Part shown: piece after piece, positions 12,681 to 25,660 of the stretch | Numbering within the stretch: position 1 is the first letter of the stretch | How the letters are laid out: each line of letters begins with the position of its first letter | Origin: Nemertoderma westbladi | Taxonomy: Eukaryota; Animalia; Xenacoelomorpha | DNA: 64,000 nt | Assembly (NCBI GenBank): GCA_032718475.1 | Contig: JAUCBJ010007526.1 | Span: 44,980-108,979 of the forward strand | Direction of reading: 5' to 3' | The notes under the pieces: model-generated | Told to the model about the DNA's origin: nothing | Seen by the model: only the letters and a program-made list of their open reading frames with translations | Databases searched by the model: none | Program-made: the position numbers and the translations under genes

Positions 12681-15600
12681 AAACTCACCTTATTTGCCGC
12701 ATTGGGAATTACGTCTTTATAAGTAGGCGAACTGCAGGTAATATCTTGGGTATACCTGCGGCACTACTACTTAGGTAGGCGAACCCCTTTCTGCCTTTCC
12801 GAATCCAAATATTCTATAACCGAGATTTACTTACCTTTTTTTTTATTGGTATCAGTTCTAATAATCATATGTTTTTAAATGAAAGTCTAAGTTTTAAATA
12901 AAACTAACTCAACAAAATGTTTTAGATTATTCTCTAAAATTCAATAACATCACAAACTGATGAATTTAACAACATGGCTTTTACTTAAATAGTTGGTTTG
13001 GTATCCAGGCAGTAGCTAGCTGTAATTGGAACTCCCTACTCCACAATGACTCTTGGCGACTATCGACCCTTTCCGAGGGGACACAGCCTTCGGACTGTTG
13101 GTGGAACCCAACTGTGGCGGAGGGGTCGATATTCGCATCGACGCTCCTACGTTCTACGTACGTAGTCCGGCTGTTATACCATAACACACTCACACAGTAG
13201 GAGCGGCCTCTTTCATTCAACACAATAACTTCCATCTTAAACGTTATAGTACGCTATTATAGGCCTACACTAGGGTCATTAGTTGTCAAATAACAACGTC
13301 TCAAACGCAGTTGAGGTCAAGCGACTACAAAGGCAATCCATGGTATTTAATCACCACGCTACACAATAACCAAAGTGACTCTCTAAGTCCCTAAGTGAAA
13401 ATGAAACTAGTGTAGCCTACCATGATACAATTGAATCAGTAGTACAACTGCAAGACGTACAATACTGTAGGCCTATACTTCTCTATTACAACAAAAAGAC
13501 GAAACATAATAAATAAGATCACTAATCTGGGCCATGTGGCCGCCATGCTGCACATATCTCATCTAACTTTGTATTGCGCTCTACTTTCACTTTCATTCCA
13601 ATGTATTAACATTGTATTCTATATGCATACAGTGATACAGTACTACACATTACGTAACAAGCAAAATAAACAAGGGTAGTAAGTAATCAACAAAAATTGT
13701 ATTTATTGTAATTTTAATTGAGTCTTTGTTGTAGTAAGAATAAGATATATAACTTACCTTTTGTGTCCGTTACGTAATACAACATTACAATTTAAGAAAC
13801 CAAATTGCACAGCAGTATTTAATTGTGACTTTTGATTATTGATGTGTTTCTAACATGACCGACAGCTATAAATCTATAGTTGTGGTTTGTGGTTCCATCC
13901 ATTTGTCTCTTACTGCTATTAAATTTATAAATACTGCTTAGAAATTTGGTTTTTTGTTACCTTTAATTTTTACCAAAGCTGATGCAATTTTCTCTCCGCC
14001 AATTCGTGACAGAAAATACGGGTATCAAATTATTTTAAGATGCCCGTAATAACGGTCACAAGTCAGTGAGTGAAGTTAAATACTCAGAGAACGGGGGGGG
14101 GGGGGGGGGGGCACCTGGTGTGTCTCTAATGCTTAGCATAATCCTACGAAGCCTACAACCAACAAAGGGGGACAACAGGTGACACTGCTGACACAAGCAC
14201 TAATACACAACGCTTCTGAAGACTCCCATATAAAAATATATAGAAGGGAGTCGATGCAATTTGGGCATGATGTTACACGTGAGTGTAAAAATACTTCGCA
14301 TTAAGCGTTAATTGGTACCCTGGCATCAACTACGCAACACACCGCGCAACTATTTATATCTAATTAATGTGCTATAGTGTTATTAATTAATTAACTAACC
14401 GTGTTTATTAATTGGCTTCCGAGCAACAACGATGTCAGAGAAACGTCATTCATTATTCTTCTATCATGTCATCTGCCGCATATTCGAATTAGTCACCGTC
14501 TTTTCTGAATAAACCTTTGATATATTGTTTTTTTGAGGTGGTTTATTGTTCTATACATAGCAAAGCAAAACAGCAACTCATAAGCAACTACTATAAATTA
14601 ACTATTCAGCAGACAGGACCTGCAGGTTGTTTACACTGAAATAAACCTCAATAAATTATTTTTCCGTATATGGGCTGACATTCCTTGATCTCTACGTACT
14701 TTGACCAGGTCAAGTATTCAGTAACTTTTATAGAATCGACTAAATATTAAATTCACTCGGCTCATCCCCCAACGATGATACATATATAGTCTTAAATACA
14801 ACAATAATTGATCGAACATTTATTATCGCGTGTTTGTGTAATAAAGGCACGGCTTTTCCTATTAATTTATTGCATTTCTTCCGTAATGGCAACTTGGCGA
14901 ATATTTTGTCAGAGCAAATACCATCTTAATCAATTGTAGTCTAACAACGCCATTCAAATAAGGGGTGATTTTTACTATTGATAAGCTCCCGAAGAGTTTG
15001 ACCTGATGTAATGCATTAGTACACACACCTACTACACTCCCCATCGCATCCTATGATGGAACACTCCCATCAACCTCACCTTTTAGTTCTCGGAGAAGTT
15101 ACTAAGAACTTAAACGTAGATTGGTGTTTAAATAATTTATAGGTAAAATAATTATTTATAATCGTGAAAAATAAAACTGTCCTTATGAAGGGTCGAACCC
15201 AGAACCTGATTTTGAATTTACGACCTCCGTCAAGAGTATGTACCCCATTTGGTTACTAAGTTACCGTAACTAATGAATAATGTATTATTTGAGTTTGGGA
15301 TTATAAACCAGATGTTGGATTAGACGTTAGAGTCTGAAAGATTTACATTTTTTAACGATCACCAGGAATTCTGTTATCAAACCACCACATTAACATTTTA
15401 TTTAATTCACATCGCACACCACTCGTACTCGTATGTTTCATTATGAACCACGTGCCCATGTGAAGTTTACCAGACTATCTGTTACTGTATTATATTTCAC
15501 TTTGCAGTTTACCCTCATGCTGCCATGTGAAGAATACTAGGTTTTCACTAAAAACCCAGGTTTCAGAAGGGCTGAACTAACCAAATCCATAAACGAATCA

Positions 15601-17229
15601 GTATATTATGTACAAGTTATAAGAGAGAAGTGAGCGCTATAAAATACTTAATACGGAGGAATTTAATATAATACAAATTTGTCATATAAAATTCCAATCA
15701 AAATTTGACTGAAATATAAAGACTTCGTATTCTAACGTAAGTAAATATCTAACTACATGAATTAAATACTACTACTACTGTACCAGTAACCAATATGGTA
15801 TGATTTGTTCCGCGTTCACGGGTTATTAGCACGGCAACAGGAACACAATATGCGTCAGTAATTTGCAATTATAGTCTAGATAATGAATACTATTGCAACA
15901 AAACGATTATTGGCTGCAGTAACTGGCGTAAGAGAATAAACAGACTACTTCCTCCCATAAGGTTGCGCGCTGCATTTATCCCCGTATATGTCGTGTTTCG
16001 GTGAGCTGAGCAGTAACTTACCACGTACTTGCGAGGGGTATGCCTCGCAGAAATAATCTATATACTCCCCCCGTAGAAAGAAAGCTTCAACCTACTACAG
16101 TACTACAGCAGTGCGAAGTCCACGGTCTATATTGCCCACTCTAACAGAGTATATGCCCTAGTATATCTATATACACTTACTTCTTTGGATGTAGGCGAAG
16201 TAACTAACTTAAGCTCTTATAATAATCACCTATTATAATCATAATAATAAGAGTATGGTCCGTGTTAACCGGGGTGGGGGCAATATCCATCGCGAATGTC
16301 ATCCCATTCGCAGCTGTTCCATTCAGTAGTCAGGAGGGAATGATGATTTTGCGTAAACAAGTTTATTACTGTACGAATTTCATTTTCTAAAAATGTAATA
16401 GATAAATCAATTATGATTTCATCATTGTTAACCATTCTCATACGGAATTTTTTTTGAGTTTATATATAGTATTTCCCTATTTGGTTACAATATATTTTGT
16501 AGGACATGAAATGAAGGTAAACCCAGAAACAAAACCGCCCTAAATCAATCGGTCAGCCATTTCCGATGAAGGAAACGTATTGAATGATCTCCACGTCTGT
16601 TCAAACTTCAAACCAGGCGGTACCGGTACTGGTACCATACTGTAACTGTAGTACAATATCGTGAAACATGCTGATAATTCCCCACCTCACATTATGGAAC
16701 ACAGCCCGAATGGTGATCGATCCGATTTTTCAGCAGCACTCTCACAATCCATGTCCAATTAATCGTCATTCACCCAAGTATACCCTTTATTGTACTGTAG
16801 GTACTGTATACCATTTTGATATAACATTCGAAAGACAAAACCCAATAAAAAAAACCAATCTTGTGTTGACATATGTTCCAAAGAAGTGTAAACTAGTCCG
16901 GGTCCTATCGTATTATACTGAAATATGATTTTGTTCAGAAATTGACAAAACAGAAGGCACGTCACGATGGTTGAGCAGCGTGGACTTAGGGGTAATAGGG
17001 TCTATCGGTGTATTAACGTTTCAGCGTTCCGGCCTACTTCACGCGCTGCTTCACGTCAGTAACGCTATCCAGTTAACAGCCACTCTCCCCTGACTCTTTC
17101 CTTCCTATTTAATCCACTTCTCTAGAACAGCAGTCTTAATTTGCTTAACCTACTGTATCTCTAACAGCGGACCTACTGACTTCAAATATGGGTCATATAC
17201 TGTAGTGGAATATTAGTCTTACTGTATTA

Positions 17230-18060
17230 GATTGCCGCAAAAATATTCAACCGAATAACGTTGAATTGTATGAGGAATCCTGTAGAAAGACTCTTGTGTG
17301 GGTATCAGAATGGGTTTGTAAAGGTACTGTAGATGTACTTTTGAACCCATTCTGGCTCTTAGGAGGATTATTGAAGAAGTATCTGTCTACAAAGAAAGAA
17401 AGCCCTTCGGCTCTCATATTTGTGGATTTCTGCAATGCTTTCGATTCTGTGTCTCGCCCACGCATGTTCCAAATTGTTTAGGCATTTGGGATTCCCAACA
17501 AAATTTTTAATACATTCAGATAAGTTTATGACCGTTCGATATCCTTCGCCTACCATCCACAAGCTAACCGAGATTTGGAAGAGCTGTGATACATCATACT
17601 CTTTAAAGGTATGCCTTTTCCGTGCATCAGTATATCCTGTGCTGCTCTATGGCATCCCGCAGGTTCTCTAAACACCAGGTCTCTGGATGGTACATCTACA
17701 AGGATGCTGCACAACATTTCCTATTATCCACAAATAAGCAATGAGGTGTTATACAACTATGACAACTATGACCATTGCTAAGACTGAGACCCTTCATCAC
17801 CCTGCAGAGATTTCGCCTGAAAGCTTGCTGGGCACTGTTTACACCGGCAGGGTCCACCTGTACACAAACTTCCTTGTGGTGTGGCAGACTACACTGTTAA
17901 ATATAGGCGTGGTGGACAGCCAACAACTTTCATCAAACGCCTGCTCAACAACAGGACACCGCGGACTTGAGAATAACTGTATGGATGAACTTGGAAAATG
18001 TAGTGCTGACTGTGAGAACTAGGGAGCTATGTTGCTGGATGCGCCGGTAGGGGGCGCTAT
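17230..18060 (+). mobile_element. Degenerate RTE-type LINE fragment
   Basis: Broken frames give FVDFCNAFDSVSR (RT), FRASVYPVLLYG, LAGHC and REL, colinear with the RTE family B copies in this window. Confidence 0.75.
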
Positions 18061-18549
18061 GTTGCTGGGGGCGCCGGCACTGCGCAGAGGGCAAGCCGAT
18101 CACCATCACCCTTTGTAGACCTCTATTGTGATGCTGCATTAAGGCAGAGCAGACCAGTTGTGGTGCAAGGCCTTGCCTTTTTCTTGTTTCTGACTCCGAG
18201 ATGTGTAACAAGTGTCAGCACGCGGGGTTAATTTACGAAAAAGGGTCATAGGCGTAGTGGATAATTCGCCATTTTATTTTAAACAAAATGCCTTTCATAT
18301 CCTCTAGTTGCTTTTTCACACCATACCTTGCCGGTTGCTGCATAATGATACCGATAACAGGTATACAGCAGTAGCATTCTTTGCACACCCGTCATGTTTA
18401 GAAAAATAAATCAATGTATAGGATATGGAGGTAGAATGTCGTCATTTTTAGGGAGATAAGTTGACTTTATTTCACTTGTATCTATTGCAACAGCGGTTAT
18501 AATCCGCTGGTTAAAAAAAAGCCATTTTAAATAAAATTTTATAGCGAAG

Positions 18550-19345
18550 AGTCATAAGTCTCAATATGAGTTTGCAGATAAAGAATACATTGCCTCTACA
18601 TAATTAGTTAGATCTATGCTGATATATGCGCCAGTAGCAGTCCAATATTTTATTGAGCGTAGAGCGTGCGTTGTCCCCAGCTGGCCACGTATCAGTCGCT
18701 TTAACCGCACTGTCGCCCCTCAATTATCAATTGAATTCTTCCCAGTTGTATAAGTTTATGAACGGCACGTCAGTATACCGTAAATCGATTGTAAAACTTC
18801 TATCGATTTCCCCTCATATTACTTCTTATTGTACAATGGATGTCCTCAGTGGGAGTTAGTTAGAACTCAGTCTCATGGATTTTATGAAAACTATCCACCA
18901 GAAGAAGCCTGAAAGGAAGAAAATTTTAAATATAAATAATGATGATGAGCTGTAATTTAATCCGCATCGGATTGTTAAAATTAGCACAGTAAAATTATTA
19001 ATAAATAAATAAAACATACTTAAAGAAAAGATAGATTAAATAAGGCTGTTAAGATGGACTGCGAGTTTGAAAGCAGGTATGTTTTGTGGAAGCGCAGAGC
19101 AGACCTGAGCGTGTTAAATTCTTGCTGGAGAATTACAGAGCCGACAATGGCAATCATCTTGGGGACGCCAGCAGTTAGCTTTGGAGCATAGCTTGTGATG
19201 GTATCCGTTACTAATATATTGCGCCGCGATACGTCTTCTTTTAGCTGTTAGAAAAGCTAGATTGATATCGTGTACTGAATTGTTATCAATGGCATCTAGT
19301 AACCGCGTCGTTGAAGCAAATTTGCTCAGGCCACACCAGATAATA
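18550..19345. mobile_element. Possible degenerate non-LTR retrotransposon C-terminal remnants in opposite orientations
   Basis: The + strand has an RSMLIYAP-like motif at about 18610. The - strand at 19045-19345 reads ...YHHKLCSKANCWRPQDDCHCRLCNSPARI*HAQVC, resembling a post-RT CxxC...H...C zinc knuckle. Confidence 0.3.
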
Positions 19346-19952
19346 CAATATACCAGACAATATAAATAATTCAGAACATTTTTAATTATATTGAAATGCT
19401 ACAGTAGTTTTACCTTATCGTTTGTTTTCCTTTCGTTTACCTTGGCTGTAATACCGGTATAAATAACTTGGTTTCATTTTCATTATTTATATTTTGAAGA
19501 CCATGTTTTCTTTGATGTCTTGTTATCACGTTTTTGTGGTTGTTCAAAATTCGTAGAAATTATAAAAAAATGCCAAAAAAACGTGACAAAAAAATGCTGC
19601 AAGAATAACGTGGCAACAGAATAACAATTTCAAGAAGGCGGCCAAAAACATGGCAAATGTTACTTTGATTTTAGTGATCAATGAACATTAAAGAAACACC
19701 GTGTGTTAGTGGGTTTTATTTTTTCCTAATATGGCAAGAATGGCACACCCAGAAACAAAACTGTACCATATTCTCAGACAGTTTCTAAGTTGAGCGACGT
19801 TTTCAAGTCCAGCGTCCTTGGGAAGCTTGGGTAGCTACCATTTACAGTATGTTTCACTTCTAGACAGGATATGCACGGCTAGCTTTACGCTGTGGGTTTG
19901 CAGGGTGAAGCTGGGCTTAGGCAATTTATTTATTATTCTTTGTTTTTTTTAG

Positions 19953-20123
19953 ATCGGCGGAGAAAATTAAGAGCGGCATGGCGGAAACGGAATCGTCTTC
20001 GAGTTCGTATATGAATCGAGTGTTCGCGGCGTGGGATTACTGTATCACCGGACGTAAACAACGCCAATCCCTATTCAACGATATTATACATAAACAGCTG
20101 ACGGCCTCTCTAGGGGACCAGAG
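19953..20123 (+). CDS. TMC7: TMC7-like transmembrane channel protein, internal exon C
   Basis: T-tract AG acceptor, phase 2 at both ends. Encodes SAEKIKSGMAETESSSSSYMNRVFAAWDYCITGRKQ..., matching the TMC SY.N.(I/V)F..WD(F/Y)CIT motif. Confidence 0.92.
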
Positions 20124-20832
20124 GTATTAATTGATTAATTGATTTGATTAAATGATTGATCGATTTGCTGTCCTGCGGCACTAGACGAACATAAACTACA
20201 TAACGTAGGCCTACTGTACACTCGCGGTCTATTCGTGCAGGACGAATCTTAGCAGACTGATTCTACTATTTAACGGTTGCCTAGTCGCCCTCTAGCAGGA
20301 CTCTAGAGAACTTCTGACGTGCTGAGTCTCCCACATACATTATATGTCATAATTGAATGTACCGACAACCGATCAGGGTGTTATACTCTTGTGTTTACCT
20401 TTAAGTTAAATAATAATATAATAATAATATACACACATTATATTTTAGTCTTTTGAAAGACTATGCCGGTATTTACAGTATGTGTAAAGTTTGGTTTAAT
20501 TTCTGTAATTAAACTTTAAAACTTATAAAGTTAGCATAAAATTAGAACAAATTAAGGTTAGCATCATTCATCCCATATATTAAGGGGGGGGGGGGGGGAT
20601 TTATCTCTTATCTTTCAGGGTCCATTAGCAGAAACGTTTAAAGGCTGTATTAATAAAAACGAGAAAGTGCTATTGTTATGTATGACTTCGCTACAGTAGG
20701 TACTGTATTTCAAACAAAATTTAATGGGCATGTATACACCCCCCTCCCCTGTAAGATGGGTTATAATGCTTAACAAATTATTTTATTGTAGGATAGTCGT
20801 TATTTTTACATTAAACGTATTATTTCTTACAG

Positions 20833-20977
20833 ACGACGTGTAATAAGGAAGAATAGGTCCGCCCAGGTCTGGTTCCGCATATATTTTGTAAGGATTGTGA
20901 TTAACATTGTCGTAATTGCATTGCTTGGAATCGGTTTGTGGTTCATTCACCTAACAGTTACTAGGGACTTTGAAGAG
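20833..20977 (+). CDS. TMC7: TMC7-like transmembrane channel protein, internal exon D
   Basis: TTCTTACAG acceptor and GAG|GTAAGC donor. Encodes RRVIRKNRSAQVWFRIYFVRIVINIVVIALLGIGLWFIHLTVTRDFEE (R.Y..R...N..V transmembrane segment). Phases are compatible with exons C and E. Confidence 0.9.
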
Positions 20978-21834
20978 GTAAGCATGGTAACGGATGTTCT
21001 CTAGGTTAAATAGACTAAGTAAGAAAACTATAAATCTTGAGATTAAAAAATAAATAAAATTAAAAAATATATAATATCCAAAAATAAACACTCAATAAAT
21101 TAAACGCAATAGATCATAAGATGAGTTGCCATAAGTCTTCAAGAGTTTGAGATATTTCCATGTGGTGTGCGGATAGGACTCAATTTCACAATACCCATAT
21201 GGCTACATTGGTATATGTAGCACGACAAAGAAGGCTCATGGACAGTATAGTACAATTAGTCATACCCAGGCATGTTCGCATGCCTTGTTCAACGCAAAAG
21301 CGTAAACAGCATATGGGCCGCATATATCTCAACTCCACTTTACAGCATAAAGTGCATTGACATTCCAATATTAATATGTGAACAAACATTCAAATATGAA
21401 ACCGTGCAACTTGGTTTGCGTGGGAATAGAACGAATCCAAGTATCATGTCAGATCTGGCATGGAATTGGCAATTTATTCGCCAACTCCTCGAAATCCCGA
21501 TTTGCTACTTTAAAAAATGACGTGATATTTACTTTTTGTGACCCTAGATTGTTGAGATATTGAGAGTCTTTCTCCGTTTCAAGTTACTGCAGTTTATATT
21601 ACTCGCTGTAATGTAACTGCAGTTGTATTGATCTATTGACGTTTATCTTCTGGCATCTATGTTTAGAATATAAGCAATACAGTAGCTAACCTCCTACAGT
21701 ACTGTAGGTCAATAGCGGTCGTTTCTGTTCTCAAGGTACTGTAGTTCGAAATTATAGTACAGATGTCTTGAGGGAGAATGGATATCAGTTGATAATACCA
21801 CTATAACCCAGTGTAATTTTTTATAATACTACCC

Positions 21835-22700
21835 TAACTACTCCGTTACATAGGTCGAGCGTGCTCGGGCAGTGTGGAATTGAGGACCTTCCTGATCGTC
21901 TCTCACAAGTTCAGTATCCCTTTCGAGTTGATCTACAGTATATTTATAATCTCGAGTGGAAGGGTTTTCTGTGGAAGATCACCCATGGTAGTGAACAGGC
22001 ATTCCTTGGCTTAACGAGCCAAAAAGATTCTCCCATTCATATTTATAATGTCATAGCCGGTCGTGCAAGGGGACGCATAACTTTGTGCTGTTTGCCACAC
22101 AAGTAGGCTACATTTACATTAGATGTGGGAGGCCTACATACAGTATGACCTACCTGTGAAAAATGTATAGGCGGGTCACATGCGTTGCGCAATAGAAGGA
22201 TGTGAACCCGCAGTTATCGTAAAGTGGGGCTTGCCAAGTGTTGGAGAAGTGTGAAAAACGATGAGCTCATCTTTACTTCTCCAGCATCCCACTACATCGT
22301 ACAGTAGTTTACATTTATGTAAGAGTGCTGTAGTTGATAAAGATGGTATTGTAACATAAAGCTCGGCGTTTGTAATTTGTTGTCTCCAGCTAATGTTTAG
22401 GGCTGCCCTTAGTTAGTCTTCTGTACTGTTATGTAACAACCATAATTTCGTTGTTCAAGTAATTTCGTCTGGGTCCAATTCTCAACAAAGCATAATTATA
22501 CACTTTCCACTGGGGCTTGAAAGTACTTGGTCTTCAAGTGATATGGTACAGTAGAAATCTGATTTCCAGTTGGTATCCATATTAGATTGGGCTACCATTC
22601 CTAACTGTCGCTCTGCTAACTTCCATGTGTTTTCTGCTGCTCTCTATCCAAGACCCAAGGTGGAAGATGTAAACGTTCTTCTGTTGATTATTATCAATGG
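21835..22700 (-). mobile_element. Degenerate RTE LINE 3' fragment (family A), interrupted by other inserts
   Basis: Shares the TAGGTCGAGCG 3' end and colinear blocks (CCAGCTAATGTTTAGGGCT, CACTTTCCACTG, TCTGATTTCCAG) with the copy at 23372-25660. Confidence 0.75.
21951..22039. mobile_element. ~90-bp short interspersed insertion with target-site duplication
   Basis: Flanked by TATTTATAAT on both sides. The core GTGGAAGATCACCCAT...GTGAACAGGCATTCCTTGGCTTAA...TTCTCCCATTCATA recurs at about 61258-61340. Confidence 0.7.
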
Positions 22701-23371
22701 AGCGTGGTCAGGCTTAGGCTACAGTATATTACAGTAAAATCACTAAAATATAATACAGTACTGTAATATGCAATCCAACATATCAGCCCTTTCCACTTTG
22801 TTCAGCAGATCCACCTTAATGATCTACTAAGCGTATTTGAGAGCCAGGGGCCAAATTGGACAAAATCTTTTATTTTTTTTTGGGGGGGGGGGGGGGGGGG
22901 TTGGGTGTATGGCAATTAGGTACTGTATGTCGTGCGCAGCTTACAGTATCTGCACTCAGATCAGGTCCTAGTGTGGCGTCAAATAATTTTTCATATCGAC
23001 ACTGGTACTGTTAGGCTACATAGGGTAGGCCTACCATATTATTGTTTATTCTAATCCATTTTGGAAATATCAATTTAATTATTCGCTGTTCAATAATTTC
23101 CCGACTTCCCCAATCCGACCAGCTTTTACCGACTTCTCAGAATCAATCGTCGTGTTTTTACCGACTTTGCCCAAAATATATACTGTATATATAAACTAGA
23201 TAGGAAAAAAAATTTTTTACATACGATATAACAACAAAGGTTATTGTTTTGGTTAGAAAAAGCTGTCTCTATAACTTGCTCGTTTCCCTCAACTGGTAAC
23301 ACGATCGTTTATTGTTTTGTTAGAAAAAGCCATCTCTGTAACTTGCTCCTTTCCCTCACTTGGTAACAACA

Positions 23372-25660
23372 TACTATTACTACTACTACTAGGTCGAGCG
23401 AACTCGGACAGTGGAAATGAGATCCTTCCAGGCTTCCCGATTCTCCATAGTTGTCGCAATTTCGTTTCTCCCAAGTTCAGTATCCCTTTCAAGTTGATCT
23501 ATATATGTTATGGCCGGTCGTCCACGACTACGCTTTCCATCAGTTGGTTGCCAGAAAAGTAGATCTGGTATGTCCTCGTCTTTACTTCGCCAGCAGTGCC
23601 CACTAAATCTTAATCTGCGTTCACGGAGGGTGGTTGATACAGGTGGTATTGTACCATAAAGCTCGGTGTTTGTCATGTGTTGTCTCCAGCTGATGTTTAG
23701 GGCTTCCCTTAGTAGTCTTGTGTAGCAACCATCAATTCGTTGTTCAAGTGATTTAGTCAGTGTCCAGGTCTCACCCCCGTATAAAAATACACTTTCCACT
23801 GTGGCTCGAAAGAACTTAGTCTTCAGGTGCCTGGAGAGATCTGATTTCTAGATGGTATCCATTTTTGATAGAGCTACCCAAGCCTTTGCTTTCCTAACTT
23901 ATATGTCCTTTTTGCTACTCTCTATCCATGATCCAAGTTACTGTACTGGAAGTCGTCAACCTTCCTTAGTTGATTATTGTCAATGGTTGTCAAGTTTCCA
24001 TCCACATTAAAGGTCATGAATTCGGTCTTGGTAGCATTTATATGCAATCCAACCTCCTTAGCAGCCCTCTCCACTCTATTTAGTAGAAGCTGTGCATCTG
24101 CCAGGGTATTAGAGAGCAGGGCGATGTCATCCGCAAAGTCGGTGTCCGTGACTGTAGTTGCCGGATATCTACTACTTCTGCGTTCTTGAAGTGTGAATCC
24201 CAGGTCTTCACCCTTTATGGCTGTCCTCATTGCGTAATCCAGCACAATTGCAAATAGTAATGGTGCTAATGTGTCACCTTGCAGTACCCCAGCCAGGATT
24301 GAGAAAAACTCAGTTTCACCATCTGGTGAGAGTACCTGCGCTTCTGTGACACAATATAACAATCCAATGCCAGCAACAATTACTTCTGGTATTCCATAAG
24401 CTCTTAGGATTTCAAGCATTTTGCCTCTATGGATGGAGTCGAATGCCTTCTTGAAGTCCACAAAAGTCATGACTGCGGGGAGATTCTTTGACTTAATTCC
24501 TTCAATCAATCTCCGTAGTGCAAGTATCTGAGCTATTGTTGATCTACTTGGTCGAAATCCGTTTTGGCTCTTATGCAGTAGTTTCTCTATGTGAGGCCTA
24601 ATCCTATATAGAATCATTTATTGTATATTTTGGCAGCTACCACAAGCAGACAGATCCCACGATAGTTTGTTGGTATACCGAGGTCTCCTTTCTTGGGGAG
24701 AGGCTTTAGTTGACCTTTAGTCCAAATTGGTGGTGGCTTTTTCCCTTTTAACATCCGGTTGCAAACATTCAATAATGGTCTGTTTAGCACTCCTGTTTTC
24801 CATACCTCCGCTGGGATTTCATCTAATCCACTCGCTTTATTATTGGACATGCTTTTAATGCTTCTTTGGAGTTCGGCTGGTGTGAAGTCCCCTGTTTCTA
24901 TAGGTAGTGTCTTGTCATATATATTCCTTGTAGGACTGACCTCGATGTTTGGTGGCTGCCCAAGCAAGTTGCTGAAGTGATTTTTCCACTTCCCAACACG
25001 TTCTTCAGGACTATCGGCTTTGAGGCGCCCCTTTGCACAACTTTTCCGACCAGATACCTCATTTACAGTTTGCCAGGTAAGTCTTGATTGTTGCTGTATG
25101 TGAGCAGTTGTAATTGCTTCAATTTTATCCTGTATGTACTTTTCCTGGCTGATGTTTTAGACCAATTTAGGATCGTCCTTAGCTTTCTCAACCTTGTTAA
25201 TGTTTTCTGTTGTTGGTTGTTCGGTTTTAACTTTGTAGGCTATCTTAAGATCTTCTCTCATACAAGTAACCTCAGAGTTTTACCAAGGCACATACTGTTT
25301 TCATTTGGGTTTCTGGGGGATATGCCTCTTAGCTGATTCCTTGTGGGCTGTTATTATATTCTGGTATATTGAATCGGTGGACTGGTCTTTATCCATAGAC
25401 TGAAGTGCTTCAAAGCGGTTTTGAACTTCTACTGTGTAAGCATCCTTTACTGCATTGTCAGTTCTGAGTTTCTCCCAGTCATAGTTGATTTGCTTGCTTG
25501 TCCTGGGTTTGCTGGCTCTCAAACTGAGTCTGATCTCTGCAATCACAATTCTGTGGTCCTAACCAATTAGGTTGAACGAGCTGTATGCCTCGCAGTTGAT
25601 CATGCTGTTTCTCCACTTTTTGTTTATAAGGATGTAATCCAGTTGTGCTTTGGTTCCATT
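23372..25660 (-). mobile_element. RTE-type LINE family A, 5'-truncated and frameshifted (endonuclease C-terminus, RT, C-terminal region)
   Basis: Contains the AP-endonuclease end AQLDYILINKKWRNS, RT motifs QNGFRPSRST, FVDFKKAFDSI, GVLQGDTLAP and DFADDIALL, and the RTE-like C-terminus RRLRFSGHCWR...GRPAITY. Ends in a (TAG)n tail. Confidence 0.93.

Noticed and set aside
14093-14112. Poly-G runs (also about 20585 and 22882)
   Set aside because: Simple homopolymers with no supporting context; lengths are unreliable in assemblies.
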